NCBI GenBank assembly: GCA_965261595.1
Contig: CBDHDG010000006.1
Span: 960,001 to 1,024,000, forward strand
Direction: 5' to 3'
DNA: 64,000 bases
Origin: a bacterium
GTDB lineage: Bacteria > UBA8248 > JACPRG01 > G963555815
The notes below the pieces were generated by a model. That model searched no databases and was not told where the DNA came from. It was given only the letters and a program-made list of their open reading frames with translations. Every line of letters begins with the position of its first letter. The first letter of the stretch is position 1. This document shows positions 10,613-18,721 of this stretch, piece after piece. Both the position numbers and the translations under genes were made by a program.

Positions 10613-10623
10613 CGGTGAGAAGG

Positions 10624-12024
10624 CTACGGCAGGTCGTTCTTGCTGATCAAAAAATCCCGGACGAGATTGCTCTCTGTCTTGGGAAGTGGAACGGACGATC
10701 CGTTGAGCTCGACGACGGTGCTGGTGGCGTTCCCTATCGTCAGAACAAACGTCTTGTTCCCGCTCCAGCGCCGGCTCTCCCCTTCCAGCAGGAAGATCTC
10801 ATCCCGCTGATTTCCGTCCACAATCACGCGCAGCCAGGTGTCCCCCTTGGCCGTGATGTTCAGAACCAGAGGCGACTGCCAGGAGGATGGGGCGGTTTTT
10901 TTCTTGAGGGTGACTTTCACCTCGGCGTTGTCCACAACCTTTTCGGTTACGGCCTCGCCCGCCGAGGCCGCTCGCGCGTCCGGAGGGGGCGGGGAACCGG
11001 ACTTCGGGATCGTCTCCGCCACCGCGGGCGTCGGCCGGCTGTCCCCCTCGGCCGCGGAGGAAGACGGAAGGATCCCGTTCTTCTTCTCGGCCTGGACTTC
11101 GGGGGTCTTCGGGTTCCGGTCCGCTTTTGGCTTGTTGACCTTCACGGCGGTTTTGGCTTCGGAGACCTTCGGAATTCGGTCCGTCTTCGGCCGGTTGATC
11201 TTCGCGGCGGCTCTGGCTTCGGAGGCCTTCGGCCCGGCCGGGTTCACCACCTTCGGAGCGGCCGGACGGCGCGCCTTTCGGGGGACGGCGCCCACGGCCT
11301 TCTCCGCCGGGGGCTTTTCCCCCTGATCCGGCCCGAGCTTCCACCCTTCGACGTAGAAATAATATCCCACGCCCAGCACCAGAAGGAAGAACGCCGCGGC
11401 GGGGATCCGTGTGCGCAAAGCACGCCGGGACTCCGTGAGCCGGGCGCTCCATTCCGGGAAGATAAAATCGGCCTCTTCCTCAGCTTGCTGGGCGGGGGGA
11501 TGGAACCGGGAGAGAAGGTCATCCGCACTGAGACCGATTTCCGCCGCCAGTATTTTCAGGAACCCCCGGACGATGGGCGTATGCGGGACGTCTTCATATC
11601 GGTCCTCTTCGAGCGCCGATATGATCCGCCCTTTGATCTTGGTGGTGGAAGCCAACTGATCGATGGTGATTCCCGCCGCTTCCCGATGTCGCCGCAGGTA
11701 TTCGCCCAGCGGTTCAGGGGCGGGTGAATCGGCTTCCTCCGTGGAGGGGGGGAGGGGGACATCCTCATCCGGCGCTTTTTCCGTCTGTGAATCCGGGAAA
11801 GACGCGTCCCCCACCGGAGTGAACAGCTCTCCGGGAAACTCATCGTCCAACTTCCCCGAATCCTCATCGGAGACTTCAAGACCCGTCAAACCAGGCTGAA
11901 TCCTATCCGAATAAGCCCCGCTCGAAACATCGGCCGAGGTCTCCCGCGGGGTCTCTTCCGGCGATTGGCCGTTCTGAGCGCCCGTGTCGGATTGAGAATT
12001 CAGATGCTCATCCATGTCACTCAT
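10624..12024 (-). CDS. RodZ-like protein (HTH, TM helix, DUF4115-like C-terminus)
   Basis: LGEYLRRHRE..GITIDQLASTTKI..RIISALEE HTH, one TM helix, Pro/Lys-rich linker, C-terminal TWLRVIVDG...IGNA...NG. Confidence 0.8.
   Translation of the reverse strand: MSDMDEHLNSQSDTGAQNGQSPEETPRETSADVSSGAYSDRIQPGLTGLEVSDEDSGKLDDEFPGELFTPVGDASFPDSQTEKAPDEDVPLPPSTEEADSPAPEPLGEYLRRHREAAGITIDQLASTTKIKGRIISALEEDRYEDVPHTPIVRGFLKILAAEIGLSADDLLSRFHPPAQQAEEEADFIFPEWSARLTESRRALRTRIPAAAFFLLVLGVGYYFYVEGWKLGPDQGEKPPAEKAVGAVPRKARRPAAPKVVNPAGPKASEARAAAKINRPKTDRIPKVSEAKTAVKVNKPKADRNPKTPEVQAEKKNGILPSSSAAEGDSRPTPAVAETIPKSGSPPPPDARAASAGEAVTEKVVDNAEVKVTLKKKTAPSSWQSPLVLNITAKGDTWLRVIVDGNQRDEIFLLEGESRRWSGNKTFVLTIGNATSTVVELNGSSVPLPKTESNLVRDFLISKNDLP
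11098..11232 (-). repeat. Imperfect 60-bp (20-aa) tandem repeat in the RodZ-like linker
   Basis: PKASEARAAAKINRPKTDRI / PKVSEAKTAVKVNKPKADRN / PKTPEV; the DNA lines at 11101, 11161 and 11221 align. Confidence 0.75.
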
Positions 12025-12273
12025 CCATCCACCTTCCCATTCGCCCGAAAGGAGACTGGCCCCCCCTACGGGCAAGCAGATCCCCTGATAAGTCGCGCCA
12101 CCCTTTTCTACAACGAAAAATGTACTACACTTGCAAAAGGAATGTCCAATAAACTAATCACTTAACTCTATATGACGCCTCCGGCCCCACACTTCAATCC
12201 TTCCGGAAAATTCAACGTAATTTTTACATATTGAATATTCGGGACCGTGAATGGCGGACCATCTAAAATTCCA

Positions 12274-12305
12274 TTGACTCCGTACCCGACTCCGGGGATT
12301 ATCTT
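12274..12305 (+). promoter_or_regulatory. MerR-type promoter/operator (merOP-like)
   Basis: TTGACT-CCGTACCCGACTCCGGGGAT-TATCTT. The -35 box and left half-site match Tn21/Tn501 PmerT (TTGACTCCGTAC). Long 19-20 bp spacer with an imperfect CCGTAC-N4-CTCCGG dyad. Confidence 0.85.
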
Positions 12306-12366
12306 GACGATCAGCCTTTGACCACGCCGATCGGCGACACGCCTTCTCCCCTAGGAGCTGAGGATA

Positions 12367-12612
12367 ATGGAACAGAAAGAGGTTACCCTATACACATCGA
12401 GCTTGTGAGCGTCTTGCAGAGGCGTGAAAGAGTTTCTTTCACATCACAGCATTCCCTACCAGGAGCACTTGATCGACCAAGACCAGGAAGCGATGAACAC
12501 CTTGGTTGAGAAAACCGGACGCAAAGCCACTCCCGTGCTTCTCATTGGCGAGGAAACCGTGGTGGGCTTTGACCGTCGAAAAATCTCGGACCTTTTGGAG
12601 ATTGGTCGATGA
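12367..12612 (+). CDS. Glutaredoxin/NrdH-like predicted selenoprotein (UxxC)
   Basis: MEQKEVTLYTSSL-U-ASC-RGVKEFL...TGRKATPVLLIG..VVGFD. In-frame TGA at 12406-12408 replaces the first Cys of CxxC. RBS present; SECIS-like hairpin follows. Confidence 0.88.
12424..12442 (+). promoter_or_regulatory. Candidate bacterial SECIS element
   Basis: Perfect 8-bp stem GTGAAAGA-GTT-TCTTTCAC starting 15 nt after the TGA; loop begins with G. Confidence 0.7.
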
Positions 12613-12968
12613 ACGCTTCAGAGCGAAGGCTCCGCTGCCCTGGCTGCGAAATGGACATTCCAGTCCCGTGGGACGCCAAGAACGGCGACGTTACTGAGTG
12701 TGAGAACTGCGCGGGTGTTCTGTTTCGCCTCTCCGAACAGGACGGCGGGGACATCCTGCGGCTCGTGCTGCTTGTCTCGTGTCCTTTCTGCGAGGAGACA
12801 ATCCCGGTGGACGATAACACGCCCGAGGGGACCGTCATTCGTCACGGGGGGGCGGAATTTTCGCTGACGAAGGAGTTCGGCGCTTTCTCGCTGGAGCTCG
12901 CCGGCGGCCAAAGACCCGGCCTGGTTCCGGCAGCGGACGCGGACAAAGCGCGAGGGACGGCAGGTTGA
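12609..12968 (+). CDS. Small Cys-rich tandem zinc-ribbon-like protein
   Basis: CPGC...CENC...CPFC...H. First half resembles the LysW-type ribbon but lacks the EDWGE tail. ATGA overlap with the glutaredoxin gene. Confidence 0.7.
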   Translation: MNASERRLRCPGCEMDIPVPWDAKNGDVTECENCAGVLFRLSEQDGGDILRLVLLVSCPFCEETIPVDDNTPEGTVIRHGGAEFSLTKEFGAFSLELAGGQRPGLVPAADADKARGTAG

Positions 12969-13267
12969 AGCCGCAAAGATCAATCACGGGAAAAATCATG
13001 CTGGGCGCGGCCTTCTTTCTGTGCCCCTGCCACCTGCCCATCTACCTGGCCCTGTTGGGCGGAACGGCCGCGGGCGCGCTGCTCTCCGAGAACGCGTACA
13101 CCGCCGGGGCCGTCCTGGCCCTCGCGTTCCTCGCGGCGCTCGTTCTGGGGTTGCGCATGCCGGGGAAGAACATTTCCAAGGCCGGGGCCGCCTCGGAGCG
13201 GGACCCATCCGATACCGGAGGGCAACCTCTCCGGCACGGTCGAATCCGGCGGGCGCCCCTTGGATGA
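12965..13267 (+). CDS. merE: MerE-like mercury transporter
   Basis: LCPCHLPIYLALLGGTAAGALLSE matches MerE (TCPCHLPIL...AGTTAGAFLGE). Two TM segments. Start could be the ATG at 12998. Confidence 0.8.
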   Translation: MKPQRSITGKIMLGAAFFLCPCHLPIYLALLGGTAAGALLSENAYTAGAVLALAFLAALVLGLRMPGKNISKAGAASERDPSDTGGQPLRHGRIRRAPLG

Positions 13268-13279
13268 GGGAGAATCGCG

Positions 13280-13618
13280 TTGCGCTTGAAAGAGGTATTT
13301 CCCGGAGCGGCCGGCGTCCTGACTTCCTTGGGGGCCTCCATCTGCTGCCTCCTCCCGCTCGCGGTGATTTACCTGGGACTCGGAACGGGATCCTTCATGG
13401 CAACGACCATGAAGTACCGCCCCATCGTATTTCCATTGGGGGTGATCGGCCTCGGCGCCGGTTACTTCCTTTACTTCCGGGAGCGAAAACGCTGTCGACG
13501 CGTGGCGTGCAGAATGGCGGGCTCCAAAATCAACCTGGCCTTGCTGGCGGCGGCGACGATCATCATGGCGGGTGTCGTGTGGGCCGATTTCTTCTCGGGC
13601 GTCCTGGCCATGATGTGA
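13280..13618 (+). CDS. merT: MerT-like mercury transporter
   Basis: LGASICCLLPL TM1 Cys pair, YRP, cytoplasmic CRRVAC pair, three TM helices. Confidence 0.82.
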   Translation: MRLKEVFPGAAGVLTSLGASICCLLPLAVIYLGLGTGSFMATTMKYRPIVFPLGVIGLGAGYFLYFRERKRCRRVACRMAGSKINLALLAAATIIMAGVVWADFFSGVLAMM

Positions 13619-13635
13619 CGCAAAAGGGGGAAGCG

Positions 13636-13968
13636 ATGTCAGGCGTGCATCGTCCGTGGAATGGGTTGAAATGTGTGGTTCTGGCGGCCGTCTTCGCCAT
13701 GGCGCTCGGCGGGTGCGAAGGAGACCCGGTTCCATCGGCCGAAGCCGGGGAGCGGGTGACTCTGAGGGTTTCGGGGATGACGTGAGGCGCCTGAGCGGTC
13801 ACCGCGAAACCAGCCTTGGAAAGGCTGGATGGAGTGAGAAAAGCCCGGGTGAGCCTCTCGAAGGGAGAGGCGTACGTCACGTATGACCCAAGCCGGGTCA
13901 CGGTGGCGCAGATGATTGCGGCCATCAACCGCCTGGGGTTCAAAGGCGGCATGAAAGAAGGATCGTAG
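13636..13968 (+). CDS. MerP-like HMA lipoprotein with two predicted selenocysteines (GMT-U-GA-U)
   Basis: Signal peptide with LGGC lipobox, then VTLRVSGMT-TGA(13783)-GGC-GCC-TGA(13792)-AVTAKPALERLDGVRKARVSLSKGEAYVTYDPSRVTVAQMIAAINRLGFK. Read-through gives a complete HMA fold, in the merP position after merT. Confidence 0.88.
13810..13828 (+). promoter_or_regulatory. Candidate bacterial SECIS element
   Basis: Perfect 8-bp stem CCAGCCTT-GGA-AAGGCTGG starting 15 nt after the second TGA; loop begins with G. Confidence 0.72.
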
Positions 13969-14073
13969 GCGGGCCTCGATGGGTCCGCGGAGAGGATTTC
14001 CGCTGATCGGATACGGCCGATGGTCCGGGTGGTCTCCTTCGGCCGGGATACGTTGAGTGGGGGCATGGACAAT

Positions 14074-14301
14074 ATGGAAGATAGAAAGCTGCTTCGCACG
14101 GGAGGCGCGGGGACGGTTGTTGCCGCGATTTGCTGTTTCACGCCGGCCCTCGTCCTGCTGTTCGGGGTGATGGGTCTATCGGCCTGGGTCGGTTGGCTGG
14201 ATTACGTCCTTTGGCCCGCGCTTGTGATATTTGCCGGAATGACGGTCTATGCCCTTATCCGGCTGAGGAAGAAACCATCCGTCCACCGCAAAGGGACCTG
14301 A
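14074..14301 (+). CDS. merF: MerF mercury transporter
   Basis: KLLRTG..GTVVAAICCFTPALVLLFG..GLSA..GWLDYVL.PAL..F matches MerF. Start 14065 or 14074. Confidence 0.88.
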   Translation: MEDRKLLRTGGAGTVVAAICCFTPALVLLFGVMGLSAWVGWLDYVLWPALVIFAGMTVYALIRLRKKPSVHRKGT

Positions 14302-14802
14302 TTCAAAGAAAGGCCGAATAATGAGGTTTTGGTCTTTTCTTCTTTCCATCAAGACACATCTCCCTTCGCCAAGACCAAAACTTTCCTCGCGAGCCGATCA
14401 AACCAATAGTTGAGGGGTCCAAGATGGCTGAGTCCTTGCGTTCCAAAGAGGGTTCCTTGACATTGATTGCCTTGATCGCGGGAGGGGTCTTGCCACTCCT
14501 GATCGTTTTTGGCTCCGCCCGTCTACTGCCCATGCCGACCCTTTTCTGGGCTGTCGGCGTCCCGGCGGAAATCGTTCTTTTTGGGGTTCTGCTCTACGCT
14601 CGTTCGGCCGGACCGGAGCGCTTGTATCGGAGGCTTTGGGTGGGGTGATCGGCGGCGTATTGCTCACCTTGTCATTGGATGCCGTCCGAACCGCAGGGGT
14701 CAACATCGGTTACCTTCCGGATTCCGTGTCGATGTTCGGGCGCTTGGAGTTGACCCGGTTTGGTGGACACCTGATGATTTGGGGGTAAAGGAGGTGTTCA
14801 CG

Positions 14803-15117
14803 ATGCCACAGACTCACCCACGCTATCCAATGGAGTTCCGCTGCCAGATGGTAGAGTTGGTCCGGGCGGGACGCACGCCCGAGGCGCTGGCGCACGAGTT
14901 CGAGCCCTCGGCGCAGACGATCCGCACCTGGGCCCATCAAGCCGACGTTGACGAGGGGCGTCGCAAAGACGGGCTCACGAGCGATGAGCGGGAGGAGTTG
15001 CGCCGACTTCGCCGCGAGAACCGACAGCTCCGCCAGGAGCGGGAGATCTTAGCAAAAGCCGCGGCCTGGTTTGCTCGGGAGACCGATTCGATCCCGTCCG
15101 GATCTACGGGTTCGTGA
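14803..15117 (+). CDS. IS3 transposase OrfA
   Basis: YPMEFRCQMVELV...TIRTW...LRRENRQLRQEREIL.KAAAWFA. Confidence 0.9.
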   Translation: MPQTHPRYPMEFRCQMVELVRAGRTPEALAHEFEPSAQTIRTWAHQADVDEGRRKDGLTSDEREELRRLRRENRQLRQEREILAKAAAWFARETDSIPSGSTGS

Positions 15118-15965
15118 GGGCGAACCAGGCCATGTATCGGACCGCCACCATGTGCCGGGTGCTGGGCGTCTCCTCCAGCGGCTACTACGCGTGGCGCAGG
15201 CGCGCGCCGTGTGCCCGCTCGTGTGCCGATCGGGCGCTCACCAAACGCATTCAGGCGATCCACGAGCGTTCTCGGGGGACTTACGGCGTGCCGCGCGTCC
15301 ATGCCGAGTTGGAGGCTGAGGGAGTGCGTGTGGGCCGCAAGCGCGTCGCCAGGCTGATGCGTGGGGCGGGACTTGCGGGCGTCAGTCGGCGCAAGGGAGC
15401 GCGCACGACGCAGCGCCGGCAGGAGGCGCGGCCGGCCCCTGATCTGGTGGACCGCAACTTCACGGCCGAGGCCCCCGACCGGCTGTGGGTGGCCGACATC
15501 ACCTACGTTCCGACATGGGCGGGGTTTTTGTATCTGGCCGTGGCGCTCGATGCGTTCAGCCGGCGCATCGTGGGGTGGTCGATGGCCACACACCTGCGGG
15601 CCGAGTTGGTGCTCGACGCGCTCGACATGGCGCTGTACAAGCGCCGTCCCCGGGCCGTCATCCACCACTCCGACCAGGGCAGCACGCAGTACACCTCGGT
15701 CGCCTTTGGGCAGCGCTGCCGGCAGGCGGGCGTGCGTCCCTCCATGGGTTCGGTCGGGGACTGCTACGACAACGCGCTGTGTGAGAGCTTTTTCGCCACG
15801 CTGGAGTGCGAGCTCCTCGCTCGCCACAGTTTCCGCACCCGGGCCGAGGCGCGCATGGAGGTGTTCGGGTTCATCGAGGGCTTCTACAACCCGCATCGTC
15901 GGCACTCCTCCATCGACAACCTGTCACCCGTTAACTACGAAAGGAGACAACAACGCACACCCTGA
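15114..15965 (+). CDS. IS3 transposase OrfB (DDE)
   Basis: WVADITY, HHSDQG..QY, DNALCESFF, YNPHRRHS. Confidence 0.93.
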   Translation: MRANQAMYRTATMCRVLGVSSSGYYAWRRRAPCARSCADRALTKRIQAIHERSRGTYGVPRVHAELEAEGVRVGRKRVARLMRGAGLAGVSRRKGARTTQRRQEARPAPDLVDRNFTAEAPDRLWVADITYVPTWAGFLYLAVALDAFSRRIVGWSMATHLRAELVLDALDMALYKRRPRAVIHHSDQGSTQYTSVAFGQRCRQAGVRPSMGSVGDCYDNALCESFFATLECELLARHSFRTRAEARMEVFGFIEGFYNPHRRHSSIDNLSPVNYERRQQRTP

Positions 15966-16289
15966 AAACCCAAGTGCTTAACTCTCCACGAAACCGGGGT
16001 AAGTCCATTGCGTTTGGAGTGGTCTATTCAATCCTTTTTGGAAAGACCCGATGGTGGGGCGCCGTGCTTTATAGCGTCTTCTTTGTAGAGCTTGGCATGA
16101 TGACCCTTCCACCGATGGCGAAAATGATGGGACCTTTCGGCGTCAACAAGTTCGGCACAATTTGGAACGGGATGTTCATAACCACATTGCTCGCTCACGC
16201 CGCGATGGGGGTTGTGCTCGGTGTTGTGATTCAGAAGTGGGGAAAGCACCCCGGTTTGTTTTTCTCAAGTAGAAGCATAGGCGCGTAGT

Positions 16290-16538
16290 GTGGTGCTATC
16301 GGAACTTCATATCGAGGGCATGACGTGACCCAAGTGCGTCAAACGGGTCCGTGAGTCCCTGAAAAAATCCCCGGGAGTTCAGGACGTCCAAGTTTCTTTG
16401 GAGACGGGACGGGCCGTTATTTGGATGAAAAAAGGAAGCCTACCCACAGAGGACCTCCTCGAACAGGTGGTGGAAGCGGCCAAAGGCGCCTTCCATTCCT
16501 ACGTCGCCCGCTGGGTTAAACCCCCCTCTTCGAATTAA
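16290..16538 (+). CDS. Cytoplasmic HMA-domain predicted selenoprotein (GMT-U-PK-C)
   Basis: GTG start; LSELHIEGMT-TGA(16326)-PKCVKRVRESLKKSPGVQDVQVSLETGRAVI... to TAA. A CopZ/NmerA-like fold after read-through. Not in the ORF track. Confidence 0.82.
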
Positions 16539-16687
16539 GCCGCATCCGCTGATTCGGAGAGTCATCAGCACCAAATCCCGAACCCTTTTCGGACTCCACG
16601 CAGATGAGACAATCAGAGAGACCCCGGCTGTCATCCAATGCTCCTCGAAGCCGATCTGGATTTTGAGGGAAGCGTTTGGAGAGCGAC

Positions 16688-18044
16688 ATGGCTTTAAAGT
16701 CATACGACCTCATCGTCATCGGAACGGGGTCTGCGGCCTCTGCGGCAGCATCCGAATGCCGCACCGCCGGGTGGACCGTGGCGGTTATCGATTCCCGTCC
16801 TTACGGGGGGACATGCGCCCTGCGCGGCTGCGACCCCAAGAAGGTGCTCGTCGCCGCGGCCGAGGCCCTCCACTGGGGGCATCGCTTGAGGGGCCGCGGG
16901 GTTCGTCCCGGCGATGCGCGGATCGACTGGCCCGAGTTGATGGACTTCAAGCGCACGTTCACCGAATCCGTGGCGCAGAGCCACGAGCGGTGGTTCGCCG
17001 AAGTCGGGATCGACGGATACCACGGGCGGGCGAAGTTTATCGGCCCCGTCTCTGTTCAAGTCGGCGGCGACGATCTGGAGGCCAAACACGTCTTCATCGC
17101 CTCCGGCGCCATGCCGGCCAGGCTCGGGATCCCGGGAGAAGGGCATCTGATCGCGAGCGAAGACTTCCTTGAGCTGGACGAGCTGCCGGAGCGTATCGTT
17201 TTCGTGGGGGGCGGCTACATCTCCATGGAGTTCGCGACCGTTTCCGTCTGCGCCGGAGCTGAGGTCACCGTCCTTCACCGGGGTCCGCGACTCCTGCGTG
17301 GATTCGATCCCGGCTCGGCGGACTTGGTCGCGGAGGCGGCTCGCGGGAGCGGCATCGACCTGAAGTTGGAGACTCGGGTCGAAAGCATAACAAAGACTGC
17401 CGGCGGCTTTGTCGTTGAGGCATCCTCACCCGCGGGATCGCAAACGGTTGAAGCCGACTTGGTGGTGCACGGCGCCGGTCGGGTGGCTGAGATTGAGGAT
17501 CTCGACCTGGGAGCGGCCGGCGTGGAGCGGGGGAAGCGGGGAGTATTGGTGAACGAGTATCTGCAAAGCACCTCGAATCCGGCGGTCTATGCAGCGGGAG
17601 ACGCGGCGCGAAACGGAAGGACAGCCTCTCACGCCCGTGGCAGGGGTCGAAGGAGGGGTTGTGGCAGCAAATCTATTAAATGGGAACAAAGTTAAGCCTG
17701 ATTACACCGGAACGGCAACAGTGGCATTCACATTGCCGCCGATTGCCGCGGTGGGACTGAGAGAAGATGAAGCCAGGAAGAAGGGGCTCAAGTTTCAGGT
17801 GAATTTCCAGGACACGTCTGGATGGTATTCGACACGGCGCATGGGCGAGAAATACTCGGCATCCAAGGTGTTGGTCGAGGAAGACACGGGGCGGCTGCTC
17901 GGTGCGCACCTCCTCGGGCCGTCTGCGGATGAGCTGATCAACCTCTTTGCGCTTGCCATCCGCCACGGTCTCACCGCCGAGGGTCTAAAGGAGGTGATCT
18001 TCGCGTATCCGACGCACGCGTCTGACGTGGGTTATATGGTCTGA
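16688..18044 (+). pseudogene. Class I pyridine nucleotide-disulfide oxidoreductase (glutathione-reductase-like), frameshifted near 17608
   Basis: YDLIVIGTGSA, GGTCALRGCDPKK, GGGYI, VYAAGD in one frame, then QPLTPVA...GAHLLG...YPTHASD in another. The single extra base may be real or an assembly error. Confidence 0.85.
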
Positions 18045-18100
18045 AGAGCACGCCCTTTGTCCAATTTCGTGATGAGAAAGGGTCATTTGGGAGATGTCAA

Positions 18101-18717
18101 ATGGAAACCTCAAAATTGCCTCAGCTCAGAGAGCATTTCAATCAGGCATGCGATTCCGTGAGGGTTCTTACAATCCTCTCTCCTACCTAACCCGTATGTC
18201 ACTACGGGCATGGAGTTGTCCGGAAGCTCTTCGAGGAGATTGACGCGAATGCGCTCAAGGGTTTTTCAATATGGCTTCCCATCATGGACGGGGACAACGC
18301 CGATGCCGCGAGGGCCGAATCAGAGAATTTCCCGGATGAACGGGTAGAGCACAGTTGGGATTCCGAAGGACAATTTGGCCGGCTCTTTGCGAAGTTTCTC
18401 AATTTGAAAGGTGTCGCGTGGGATGTTCACTTGCTCTACGCGCCGGGTGTCACCTGGGGTGTGGATGAGCCGCCCAAACCTGCATTCTGGATGCACCAAC
18501 TTCCTCCAGTAACGGGAGCCGATGGGAAACTTCTTTGAACCCAGGTAGATTTTCACACGAGCTGATGAATCTCCTTGGAAGAGAGGATCCGCATATGGCT
18601 TGGGATATGGCCTTTATGTTGCACGTTGGCGGTATTGGCGGGGTCATGAGGGAGAGGGCTCAGTCTTCACTGGAAGAGGTCCTCAAGGCCGTCGATCCTA
18701 CGAAGGAAGGACCGTGA
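18101..18717 (+). pseudogene. Thioredoxin-fold protein with TAA at the predicted Sec position (SPT*PVC) and a frameshift near 18535
   Basis: METSKLPQLREHFN...VRVLTILSPT-TAA(18188)-PVCHYG... is in frame with the 18284 ORF (WLPIM...WDVHLLY...W...PAFWMHQL). The C-terminus continues in a shifted frame. Confidence 0.7.
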
Positions 18718-18721
18718 ATCG

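Larger units (their letters stand above)
14745..16007 (+). mobile_element. IS3-family insertion sequence (copy 1)
   Basis: TG...CA ends with inverted repeats TGGAGTTGACCCGGTTT / AAACCGGGGTAAGTCCA; orfA and orfB; near-identical to 52705-53974. Confidence 0.95.
14424..16288 (+). pseudogene. Multi-TM membrane protein, frameshifted near 14645 and split by IS3
   Basis: Hydrophobic N-terminal part continues in a shifted frame (VIGGVLLTLSLDAVR...SMFGR) up to the IS, and resumes after it (AFGVVYSILFG...LLAHAAMGVVLG). Confidence 0.7.

Noticed and set aside
14646..14648. TGA in the membrane protein gene as another Sec codon
   Set aside because: Not in a Cys motif, and the hydrophobic sequence continues in a shifted frame after a G-run, which indicates a frameshift.
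12367..16538. Alternative genetic code (UGA = Cys or Trp) as the explanation for the in-frame TGAs
   Set aside because: Many ordinary genes here end in TGA (livF, livM, aroE, merT, shc), and TGG and TGC are used normally. Apparent read-through is limited to CxxC positions.
16688..18044. Calling the reductase merA
   Set aside because: It lacks the C-terminal Cys-Cys pair and the NmerA domain, and the CALRGCDPKK site is more glutathione-reductase-like.
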